This document shows positions 1-8,744 of a stretch of DNA of 64,000 bases, piece by piece. Location: the IMG/VR virus record IMGVR_UViG_3300025073_000027, positions 64,001 through 128,000 of that record; one strand, written 5' to 3'. The position numbers were made by a program, and so were the translations under genes. How positions within the stretch are numbered: the stretch's first letter is position 1; the number at the start of each line of letters is the position of its first letter. The notes under the pieces are model-generated. The model made no database searches. It saw nothing but the letters and a program-made list of their open reading frames with translations, and was not told the origin of the DNA. The stretch is from a virus.

Positions 1-1
1 A

Positions 2-196
2 ATTGAAAGAGAAGTAGGTGAAATAAAGGAAAAATTTGATGCGGCAGAAGAAGTAGCTAAATTAGATTTAAGAGTTGTTTTTAAAAGATTTATTGATAAT
101 AAAGTTACTTGGATTTTAGGAGGGGGTATTACGATAGTTACTTTATTGGAATTATTAAGTCGTATAGATTGGGATAATTTATCTAAGGCTTTTTAA
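2..196 (+). CDS. 3' end of a small membrane protein (partial)
   Basis: Open frame from window edge to TAA 194-196; hydrophobic WILGGGITIVTLL segment. Confidence 0.5.
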   Translation: MEREVGEIKEKFDAAEEVAKLDLRVVFKRFIDNKVTWILGGGITIVTLLELLSRIDWDNLSKAF

Positions 197-272
197 TTAT
201 TAAAATATTTAGAAATAATTATAAAATTATTAAATAAATTTTATTGAATTATAAATTATAAAAGGATAAGAT

Positions 273-866
273 ATGTCTGAGGTAGAAGAAATAAAGTTAA
301 ATAAATTGAATATTGTTTTTTCAGATCAAGAAAGTGAAGAATTTAAATTTCAGGGTAATATAATTATAGTAATTCCATATATATTTATTGGCGAAAAAAT
401 AGGTTTAATTCGGGAATATATAAATAATTTATTTGATGAATTTGAATATGATTTAGCAAAAAGATATATGGTAGCAGAATATGCTTTAATCCTTCAACTT
501 ATAGAAGGACAGACTAATGTTGAAACAGATAAATTAGATGTTGATAAATTAATATCATCTAAATTATGGGAACAAATTAAATCTAGATTATTGAATTATG
601 ATGAATTTCGAGAAGAATTAAATCGAGTATTGGAATTACGACAAGCACAAGAAAGTTTAAATAAATCGGTTGGTACAATATTAGAACAAGTTTCTGTAAA
701 AGCGATAGATCTTTTAAATAAAATAAGTGAAATGGATGTTGAAAATTTCAAAGATGTATCGGCTGAATTTTCTAAACAACTTGAAGTATTGAATGAAAAT
801 TTACCTGGAATTACAAAAAAGGCTTCTGTTTCTACGCCAAAAAGAAAATATACAAAAAAATCTTAA
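273..866 (+). CDS. hypothetical phage protein
   Basis: 197 aa ORF with AAGGA RBS. Confidence 0.6.
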   Translation: MSEVEEIKLNKLNIVFSDQESEEFKFQGNIIIVIPYIFIGEKIGLIREYINNLFDEFEYDLAKRYMVAEYALILQLIEGQTNVETDKLDVDKLISSKLWEQIKSRLLNYDEFREELNRVLELRQAQESLNKSVGTILEQVSVKAIDLLNKISEMDVENFKDVSAEFSKQLEVLNENLPGITKKASVSTPKRKYTKKS

Positions 867-876
867 TAATAAATAA

Positions 877-1092
877 ATGGATACTTTGATGAATGACGAT
901 GCTGTAAAGGTACTTAAAAAATTAAAGTACGAATGTCCCGATTGTGGGGAGAGGAAATTAATTGTAATAATGGTGAAAAAACCTCATAATGGCATTATTT
1001 ATACTGAAAAAATGATCATTTGCCAAGAATGCGATTATAGAACACCTTTCAAAAAAAAGAATGAGAAGAAATTAGAATTTGAAGATAATTGA
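877..1092 (+). CDS. small zinc-ribbon protein
   Basis: CPDC and CQEC pairs. Confidence 0.55.
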   Translation: MDTLMNDDAVKVLKKLKYECPDCGERKLIVIMVKKPHNGIIYTEKMIICQECDYRTPFKKKNEKKLEFEDN

Positions 1093-1111
1093 TAGCAAGA
1101 GGAGGTAATTC

Positions 1112-1612
1112 ATGTTTGATAATGATGTTGCTCTAAATGCTGCAATTATGCAAGATTTGATTTCTATCGTTGATGTAGTTACTGATAAATTACATGAGGA
1201 ATTAAAGAAACTTATTAAAAAGATTGTCTATGATCCATATACTCCAAGAGAATATAATCGTCAAGGAAATAATGGAGGTCTATTGGATGAATGGGATAAA
1301 AAAGACCCCGTTGTGGCAGGTAATGTTGTTTATGCAGAAATATTTGAAGATCCTGCTCGTTTAAATGTTGATCCTGCTACTTTTGTACATGGTAGTAATT
1401 TTTGGATTATGAGTGATATAAGACAATTATTGGCAGAAATAGTTATTGAGGGTAAAAGTGGAAGTTTATTTGACTTTGGACAGCCGCCTCACTTTTGGAA
1501 AAGTCCTCGGAATTTCTGGATTGTATTTGTAAAATTATTGGGAGATGGAACAGTAGATAGGATGATTGAAATGGAAATGAAAAAAAAAGGTATTCCTTTT
1601 ATAAAATTATAA
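1112..1612 (+). CDS. hypothetical protein, possibly virion/tail-associated
   Basis: 166 aa, GGAGG RBS, in late region. Confidence 0.5.
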   Translation: MFDNDVALNAAIMQDLISIVDVVTDKLHEELKKLIKKIVYDPYTPREYNRQGNNGGLLDEWDKKDPVVAGNVVYAEIFEDPARLNVDPATFVHGSNFWIMSDIRQLLAEIVIEGKSGSLFDFGQPPHFWKSPRNFWIVFVKLLGDGTVDRMIEMEMKKKGIPFIKL

Positions 1613-1731
1613 TTGATGGATTTAAGGGGCTAAATTGACGAATTGAAAAGATGTTTTATCACCTCAAACATCCTGCCCCTTTTAGATTTGATTTAAGAGG
1701 TGAGATAAATAATAATATAGAGGTGATAATA

Positions 1732-2469
1732 ATGAAGGATTTAATTGGAAAAAAATTTGGTAAATTAATTGTATTATCTAAAGTAGATAAACCAGTAAAC
1801 GCAAAATCTTATGGATCATATTGGTTATGCTTATGTAATTGCGGTAATAAAAAAGTAATTAAAGGAAAATATTTATTAAATGGGCATAGTAAAACGTGTG
1901 GATGTGAAAAAGGTAGAAAGCGTAAAGATATATCTGGAAAAAGATTTGGTAGATTACTGGCAATTAAAATAGATTATGTCGATAGGGTTAATGGAGCATA
2001 TTGGTTATGCAAATGTGATTGTGGAAATGAAAAAACAATCAGATTAACTAATCTTACTAGCGGTAACACTATTTCCTGCGGTTGTAAACAAAAAGAAAAT
2101 TATGAAAACCGTATAAATGCTTTAGAATATGGTGTTGCGGCATTCAATGAAATATATGCTAAATACCAAGAAGGAGCTAAAAAAAGAAATTTAGTGTTTG
2201 AATTAGATAAAGATTATTTTACATCTATTATTAATTTAAATTGTTATTATTGTGGATGCGAACCAAATCAAATACATAGGGGTAGTAGATGCAATGGATC
2301 ATATATCTATAATGGAATTGATCGAGTTGATAATTCTTTGGGATATATAATTGATAATTGCGTTCCTTGTTGCGGTAAATGCAATAGAATGAAAAGTTCG
2401 TTGTCGCAAGATGAATTTTTAAATTTAATTAAAAATATTTATTTGAATAAAATTGCTAATGAAAATTAA
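1732..2469 (+). CDS. HNH-family homing endonuclease
   Basis: Two G.FG.L..WLCxCxCG repeats, C-terminal CYYCG..GIDRVDN..GY..NCVPCC..CN; start moved to ATG 1732 after GAGGTG RBS. Confidence 0.85.
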   Translation: MKDLIGKKFGKLIVLSKVDKPVNAKSYGSYWLCLCNCGNKKVIKGKYLLNGHSKTCGCEKGRKRKDISGKRFGRLLAIKIDYVDRVNGAYWLCKCDCGNEKTIRLTNLTSGNTISCGCKQKENYENRINALEYGVAAFNEIYAKYQEGAKKRNLVFELDKDYFTSIINLNCYYCGCEPNQIHRGSRCNGSYIYNGIDRVDNSLGYIIDNCVPCCGKCNRMKSSLSQDEFLNLIKNIYLNKIANEN

Positions 2470-2510
2470 TATAATTTACTTTTATTTTAAGGAAGGAGAA
2501 TAATTAAATA

Positions 2511-2816
2511 ATGGAATTAAAAGAGTTTTTGCTTTGGCTGGCAACTGCGGGTGGATCAAGCATAGTGGCTAGTTTTATTTTAGAACGTATTCCTGGTTTT
2601 CAGAAATTAATTGCTGAGGCTAAACAATGGGTATATTTTGCCGTATGCGTAACTTTAAGTATTTCGAGTTATGCGGTTTTGAATTATGTACCAGTTGAAA
2701 TTTTACAGGCAGTAGCGCCTTATTTTGCTTTAATTGCTTCTGTGTTTGCATCTGTATTTGTTGGAACTACGTTTCATAATGTTGATAAGACAGAAAAAGA
2801 TGAAGGTGTGGGTTAA
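2511..2816 (+). CDS. holin-like membrane protein
   Basis: 101 aa, three hydrophobic segments, charged C-terminus. Confidence 0.6.
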   Translation: MELKEFLLWLATAGGSSIVASFILERIPGFQKLIAEAKQWVYFAVCVTLSISSYAVLNYVPVEILQAVAPYFALIASVFASVFVGTTFHNVDKTEKDEGVG

Positions 2817-2840
2817 TATTTAACTGTCTCCCTCGGGGTT

Positions 2841-2886
2841 TGGAGTGTGTTTGGTAGATTTTCTATCAAGCGCACTCCATTTTTTT
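2841..2886 (+). terminator. intrinsic terminator
   Basis: TGGAGTGTGTTTGGTAGA / CTATCAAGCGCACTCCA stem followed by T-run. Confidence 0.75.
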
Positions 2887-2931
2887 GAATTTATAAAAAT
2901 AGAAAATAAAAAATAAAAGGAAGATTTTATA

Positions 2932-3396
2932 ATGTATAGAAAAAAAACAATAAATTCTAAATTTAAAATAGATACCAGCGATAAGGGTAAGTTAAAACGT
3001 ACTTTTAATGGTGTTTTATATGATAGTGAAATGGAGATGAAATTCCATAAAGATTATCTTGTTCCATTATTAAAAAAAGGGAATATAAAAACTATAACAT
3101 TACAACCTAAATACATATTGCAAGATAAATTTAAGAAATATGGAAAAAGCATTTTGCCAATTAATTATGTGGCAGACTTCGAGGTTGAATGGTTAAATGG
3201 ATTAACTATTGTATATGATGTGAAAGGTTTACCTACCCCTGAGGCTAAAATGAAACGAAAAATGTTTGATTTTCGATATCCAGATAAGGTACTTCAATGG
3301 ATTGCTTTATCAAATATTGATGGTGGTTGGATTCAGTATGATGATCTAGTGAAGGCAAGAGCAAAGCGTAAGAAAGAAAAGAATTCTATAAAATAA
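2932..3396 (+). CDS. DUF1064-like PD-(D/E)XK nuclease
   Basis: YDSEME, LQPKY, YVADF, DVKG, KRKMF motifs. Confidence 0.75.
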   Translation: MYRKKTINSKFKIDTSDKGKLKRTFNGVLYDSEMEMKFHKDYLVPLLKKGNIKTITLQPKYILQDKFKKYGKSILPINYVADFEVEWLNGLTIVYDVKGLPTPEAKMKRKMFDFRYPDKVLQWIALSNIDGGWIQYDDLVKARAKRKKEKNSIK

Positions 3397-3411
3397 AAAA
3401 ATTGTTAAATA

Positions 3412-3440
3412 TTGACAAATTTTTATTTTAATGATAAAAT
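3412..3440 (+). promoter_or_regulatory. sigma70-type promoter
   Basis: TTGACA-17 bp-TAAAAT with extended -10 TG. Confidence 0.75.
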
Positions 3441-3461
3441 TATTTACAATAATTGTAAATT

Positions 3462-4865
3462 TTGAAAATGGAGAAATTAGTGAATTACAACAATATAAAA
3501 ACTTATTTAGATTGGAATTATAAAAGTAAAGATTTATATTCTTCTGGTTACGAAGAATATTACCCTTTTTTTAATCAATATAAAAAAGAAAAGTTTTTAA
3601 ATCTTTTAAATGAAGATCAATTGAAAGCAATTGATGATAACTATAATGTCTATCGAAGCGTCAATATTTTTCCAATTTTTTATTATACTGAAAATGGAAT
3701 ATTAGAAGAAATTAAAAAATGTTATAATCGAGATGTTGAATTTTCTGGAAATACATTAGATCTTAAATATAAACAGGGTAATACTTTACTAAAATTTTTG
3801 TTTCCTAATTTTCATAGATCTTCCTATGGACATAGAGAAAATCCAATTAATTCTTTTGATAAATTTTATAAAAATGGATGGCTTAAAGAAATTATTGCTT
3901 TTCAGTTAAAATATGATTCTGCTATACCGCTAAGACTTTTATCCACTATGAATTTATATAGACAAAGAACGCCTAATAATTTCAATCCGATGAAAGCAAA
4001 AGCATTATATGAGCGATATTGTCCTAAAGATGGAATAATATATGATTTTTCTTGTGGTTATGGCGGAAGAATGCTTGGTGCTTTAACGAGTAAAAATAAT
4101 TATAAATATATAGGCGTTGAACCAAATTCTGAAACATTTGACAATCTTTTGATTCTTGGAAATTTTATAGAAATATCATTGCAAAAATTAAATACATTTG
4201 ATATTTATAAAGATGTTAGTGAAAATTATATTGCCGAGAAAAATAGCATAGATTTTGCATTTAGCAGTCCCCCATATTTTGATTTAGAAAAATATTCTGA
4301 TGAAGATACTCAATGCTATATACGATATCCAGAAATAAATGAATGGTTTGAAAATTATGTAACACCTACAATAAATAATATTCATTATGGTTTAAAAGAT
4401 GATGCTTATTATGCTGTAAATATAGCTGATTTTAATGTACCTGGAATTGGAAGAATAAATTTAGTAGATCGTTGGACTGAAATATCTGAAAGAATTGGAT
4501 TTGATTTAGTTGATCATTTATATATGAAATTGAGTAATCGAGGTGGAAGAAGAAGAAGCGGAAAAACTGGTGGTTTCAATAAAAAAGAGGAAAGTATTTA
4601 TGTTTTTAAAAAAGTAGATAAGCATAATAGTAATAATTATAAAAACAGAAATATTCCCAAATATATTGAAGATAAAGTAAAAATATATAATGATTGTATT
4701 CAAACGGCAAATGATATGGAAAACGATATTATTGAATGGTACATAAAATATTCAAATAATTTAAATTTGGATAAATCAATTATTACACAAATATTAAAAA
4801 CTACTTCTGAATATAATAATTTAGAAGAAGCAATACATAAATTAAATAAATTATTAAAAGAATAA
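3462..4865 (+). CDS. DNA amino-methyltransferase
   Basis: SAM motif DFSCGYGG then catalytic SPPY. Confidence 0.8.
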   Translation: MKMEKLVNYNNIKTYLDWNYKSKDLYSSGYEEYYPFFNQYKKEKFLNLLNEDQLKAIDDNYNVYRSVNIFPIFYYTENGILEEIKKCYNRDVEFSGNTLDLKYKQGNTLLKFLFPNFHRSSYGHRENPINSFDKFYKNGWLKEIIAFQLKYDSAIPLRLLSTMNLYRQRTPNNFNPMKAKALYERYCPKDGIIYDFSCGYGGRMLGALTSKNNYKYIGVEPNSETFDNLLILGNFIEISLQKLNTFDIYKDVSENYIAEKNSIDFAFSSPPYFDLEKYSDEDTQCYIRYPEINEWFENYVTPTINNIHYGLKDDAYYAVNIADFNVPGIGRINLVDRWTEISERIGFDLVDHLYMKLSNRGGRRRSGKTGGFNKKEESIYVFKKVDKHNSNNYKNRNIPKYIEDKVKIYNDCIQTANDMENDIIEWYIKYSNNLNLDKSIITQILKTTSEYNNLEEAIHKLNKLLKE

Positions 4866-4887
4866 TCAATACTATTATTTATTTTAT

Positions 4888-4916
4888 AAGGAGCATTTTA
4901 TAAATGCTCCTTTTTC
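4888..4916 (+). terminator. probable terminator
   Basis: AAGGAGCATTT / AAATGCTCCTT stem plus T-run. Confidence 0.55.
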
Positions 4917-4933
4917 ATTATATGGAGAAATAT

Positions 4934-5953
4934 ATGCCAAGGAAAACATTTAAAAAAATAACAACTACGCCAGAATTAATCAACAGCATTAATTATAAAA
5001 ATAAATTATTGATGGAACGATTTTTAAGAGAAAAAAATGTTCGTTCTTCTGATAAAACTATTGTAAATTATCGTAGTCATTTGAATATATTTTTTGTTTG
5101 GAATTTACAATATAATTCAGATAAATTTTTTTGTGATATTAGGAAAATTGAATTTGCTGATTATTTTAATTTTGTAGTTAATGATTTGAATTGGGGTTCT
5201 GCTAGATTTAATGGCGGCAGATCATGTTTAAGTAGTTTATCGAGTTTTACTGAAAAATTTTTAGATGATGAATATCCTCAATTTAGAAATGTAATTTTAA
5301 AAGCGGTTGAATTAATGCCCAAATCTCCAACAAGAGAAAAAACAGTATTGTCGGAGGATCAAATAAATGGACTATTAAAATACTTATCTGATAATAATGA
5401 TATTCAAGAAGCATGTTGGTTAGCACTTGCTACTTCTTCAGGTGCTAGGTTTTCTGAATTGCTTAGATTTACTACTGATATTATTGATGAGAATAATACG
5501 GTGTTTGAAGGTATTTTTATTGAAACAACCAAAAAGATAAAAACTAAAGGTAGAACAAAAACAGGGAAGTTGCTTACAAAATATATTATAAAAGATTTGT
5601 TTTTATCTTATTATGATAAATGGTTATTGGAACGAGAAAAGATATTATTAGAAAAAGATTTAGATCATAATTATATATTTATAAAAAGGGATGGGACTCC
5701 CGCAGAAGAACATATAGTTAGAAGTTGGATTACCAAGTTTGAAAATTATTTAGGTGTTCCTTTTTATCCTCATGCGTTAAGACATTATCTTACCACTCAT
5801 CTTTTCAGAATAGGACTTCCAGCACAATTAATTAAGGAATTATTTGGATGGGAAAGTTTGGAAATGGCAAGTCTTTATAACGATATGGAAGCAAAAGATA
5901 TGAAATGGAACGAATTAGAAAAATTGAAAGAGCATTTAAATAACAAACAATAA
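4934..5953 (+). CDS. tyrosine recombinase (position like SPbeta YomM)
   Basis: SGARFSEL, KTKG, HALRH, FGW, LY catalytic motifs; start at MPRK after GGAG RBS. Confidence 0.85.
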   Translation: MPRKTFKKITTTPELINSINYKNKLLMERFLREKNVRSSDKTIVNYRSHLNIFFVWNLQYNSDKFFCDIRKIEFADYFNFVVNDLNWGSARFNGGRSCLSSLSSFTEKFLDDEYPQFRNVILKAVELMPKSPTREKTVLSEDQINGLLKYLSDNNDIQEACWLALATSSGARFSELLRFTTDIIDENNTVFEGIFIETTKKIKTKGRTKTGKLLTKYIIKDLFLSYYDKWLLEREKILLEKDLDHNYIFIKRDGTPAEEHIVRSWITKFENYLGVPFYPHALRHYLTTHLFRIGLPAQLIKELFGWESLEMASLYNDMEAKDMKWNELEKLKEHLNNKQ

Positions 5954-5967
5954 AATATAAATTTTAT
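5950..5967. repeat. ATAAAA-N6-TTTTAT palindrome overlapping recombinase stop codon
   Basis: ATAAAA TATAAA TTTTAT; TAA at 5951-5953. Confidence 0.75.
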
Positions 5968-5978
5968 CGTGTTTTTAA

Positions 5979-6024
5979 CCCCCATATATAGACACTAATT
6001 TGATAGTACCCCCACATATAGGGG
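5979..6024. promoter_or_regulatory. tandem NrdR-box-like 16-mers
   Basis: CCCCCATATATAGACA (5979) and CCCCCACATATAGGGG (6009), 30 bp apart. Confidence 0.5.
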
Positions 6025-6083
6025 TATATTTTTAATTTAAAGCCTCCTTTAGAGGCAAGAACGTAAGAAGGGAGGTGCGATGA

Positions 6084-7276
6084 ATGGCAAGCAAATATTC
6101 GGTTATAGTAGAAGCTTCAATTAAGGAATCGTCTATTCAAGCCCAATTAAATAACATTTCTAAAAATTATGTTTTTAATATTAAAGCAAAAATTGATTTG
6201 TCCGATATAGAAAATCAAATTAGAAATGTTTCTACTAAATTAGGTGAATTAAGAATGAAGGCAGAGCAGGGAGTAAAAACAAAAAGTGTCAAACCAATGA
6301 TTGACACTACTCAAGATCAAAAATCTCTCGATGCCTTATATGCAAAAATAGAGCAAATCAAATTAGCTACGGGCGCAAGTGCAATTAAATTTGATATTTT
6401 CACAGAAGTTGGTGAAGATGGAGAAAAAATTACTAAAGCATTATTGACTTACAACGATACTCTTGGGAATGTCAAAAAAGAAACATATCAGTGGGCTACT
6501 GTTACTAAGCAAGTAGGAATGGAAGCACAAGAAGTATCTGAATGGCTAAATACTGCTAATAAATATACAGATGATGGTACTAAAAAAGAACGACAAAGAC
6601 AATTGGAATTAAAGAAATCTGCTGATTTAGTTGCACGAATGAATCAACAAGCAGATTCGGCAATTGCTAAAACGGTTGGTAGAAATCAAAGAATTCCAGA
6701 AGTTCAAGAAGTAATTAAAGCCGCTAATGCATTGAAATTAGCAACTGCGGCTGGTAATACGGAAGAAATGGCAAGATTAAATAATGAACTTAAAAATTCT
6801 GTTACTCGAATGGGTAATTTAGGAAAAGAAACATTATCTGTTAGTAATATGCTTTCTACCGCTATTAAAAAGGTTGCAATTTGGGCAGTTGGCACAACTG
6901 CTATTTATGGAACAATTAGAGCAATTAAACAGATGATTGAAGTTGTAAAACAGTTGGATACTTCTCTTGTTGAATTGCAAAAAGTTAGTGATCTTTCAGG
7001 TGCATCTTTACGCGCTTTTACAGATGAAGCATTTAGAATGGGGGAAAAAGTTGGTAAAACGGGTAAAGAAGCGATAGATGCTACTACGGAATTTGTTCGT
7101 GCTGGTTATGATGTATCAGAAGCATTAAAAATGGGTGAAGCGGCATTGATAATGACAAATGTTGCTGAAGGGATTGATAATGCTACAGAAGCCACAAGTG
7201 CATTAATTGCTGTGTTGAGAGGTTTCAATATGGAAGCGGATCAAACACAAAAAATTGTCGATGTGATAAATGAGGT
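6084..7276 (+). CDS. tail tape measure protein, exon 1
   Basis: TP901-type core (LDTSLVELQKVSDL, EFVRAGY, IVDVINEV); ends at P1 splice site GAGGT. Confidence 0.9.
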
Positions 7277-8744
7277 AAATTTGTGCCTCTTAGTATGGTG
7301 ACATACTAAATAAAGTTGGCTTTTATCGGTGGAAGTCTAGGGATAGATAATACCGAGGACAAGATTTGTTTGTTTGTTTGTTTTATAAAAAATAATGGAT
7401 AAGAATATATGGAAATATTAAAATGTAAAATTTGTGATAAAGAAAAATATGTAAATGAATTTGCTTGGAAATCATCTTATATATGCAAAATGTGTCGATA
7501 TTATATTGTCCATAAAGATTTAATATTATTGAATAATTGGAATAAAGATGAATATGATTTAATATTAGATAAAATATTGTTAAATAGAATAACTACTTTA
7601 GATGAAATACTTCCTTTTTTAAATAATAAAAATATATACGATTTAGTAGATTTACTATCTACTACATTAAAAATTGGTGGAAACCATAGTTTAAGAATTA
7701 AATTAACTTGTAATAACTGTGGAAAATATGTAATTAGATCGATGAATTTTTTATATAAAGGAAATATTTATTGTGACATGGATTGTCGAAATGAATATAA
7801 AAAAAATAATGCCAAAATTGGAAAGGACAATCCTTCGTACAAAAAAATTAAAGTAAATTGTTCTAATTGTGGAATAGAAATTGAAATTATACCTTATGAT
7901 TATAAAAAGGTAAATTCCTTTGGAGATAGTAATAATTTTTGTAGTCAGAATTGCTATTGGGAATTTAGAAAAAAATATTATGTTGGTGAAAAAAGCGGCA
8001 TGTATAATTTTCAACCCACTCAAAAACAAAGAAATACTAGAAGAAAAATTGCTGTTAACCTATATACAAAAGGAATTTTCGCGAATAAGATTACTAAACC
8101 ACATGAGGCAATAAATAATATTTTATCTAAAAATAATATTGATTATGTCAATGAAAAAAATTATAAATATTATTCGGCAGATATATATCTTAACGAATAT
8201 GATTTAATAATTGAAATTATGGGCGATTATTTTCACACTAATCCGATTAAGTATTTAGATATAAATAATTTAAATTCTATGCAATTAAAAAATTTAAGAA
8301 AAGATAAAAGTAAAAGATCATATATAAGAAAATATTACAATATTAATATTTTATATTTATGGGAACAAGATATAAATAATAATATAAATCTCTGTGAACA
8401 ATTAATAAATTTGTATATAAAAGATAAAAATAATTTAAGTGATTATAATAGTTTTAATTATCATTTACTAAACAATAAAATTAATTTAAATGATAAAATT
8501 GTATTACCGTTTTTTATGAAAGCAATAAAAATAAAACAAACAAAACAAACAAAAATCCGTAACGAATAAGTTGTAGCATGGTGACATGCTGCACATGCCA
8601 ACCTCTTACGCAAGTAAGATGAAGATATATTCTGACCACATGTATAATCCAAATAATAAGAAGCATGTGAAGTAAGAAGAAATTCTTACTCGCCGCAATG
8701 TTTTGCGGTCAGTATTGCCTTTGGGCAAGAAAGTAACAGAAGTG
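7277..8744 (+). ncRNA. group I self-splicing intron
   Basis: P1 GAGGU/GCCUC with U.G; P3 GTTGGC 7315 / GCCAAC 8597; P7 GAATA 8564 / TATTC 8628; long P6 stem; terminal G8744; splicing restores the frame (INEV-SNTAAINFDDLADGL). Confidence 0.92.
7409..8569 (+). CDS. intron-encoded endonuclease (Zn-finger repeats plus Vsr/EDxHD-like domain)
   Basis: CxxCG..YC/FCS..C repeats; ADIYL..IIEIMGDYFH..D..K..LYLWE. Confidence 0.8.
   Translation: MEILKCKICDKEKYVNEFAWKSSYICKMCRYYIVHKDLILLNNWNKDEYDLILDKILLNRITTLDEILPFLNNKNIYDLVDLLSTTLKIGGNHSLRIKLTCNNCGKYVIRSMNFLYKGNIYCDMDCRNEYKKNNAKIGKDNPSYKKIKVNCSNCGIEIEIIPYDYKKVNSFGDSNNFCSQNCYWEFRKKYYVGEKSGMYNFQPTQKQRNTRRKIAVNLYTKGIFANKITKPHEAINNILSKNNIDYVNEKNYKYYSADIYLNEYDLIIEIMGDYFHTNPIKYLDINNLNSMQLKNLRKDKSKRSYIRKYYNINILYLWEQDINNNINLCEQLINLYIKDKNNLSDYNSFNYHLLNNKINLNDKIVLPFFMKAIKIKQTKQTKIRNE

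Noticed and set aside
1651-1731. N-terminal 27 codons of the HNH ORF
   Set aside because: They lie in a structured leader; the RBS and the paralog at 41153 support a start at 1732.
2913-2930. Exact motif match ATAAAA GGAAGA TTTTAT
   Set aside because: Counted among the 20 but given little weight: the RBS lies inside the spacer (as at 29196), unlike the usual layout, so it may be chance.
7363-7386. (GTTT)n microsatellite as a phase-variation tract
   Set aside because: It pairs with the (AAAC)n tract at 8531-8557 as the intron P6 stem.
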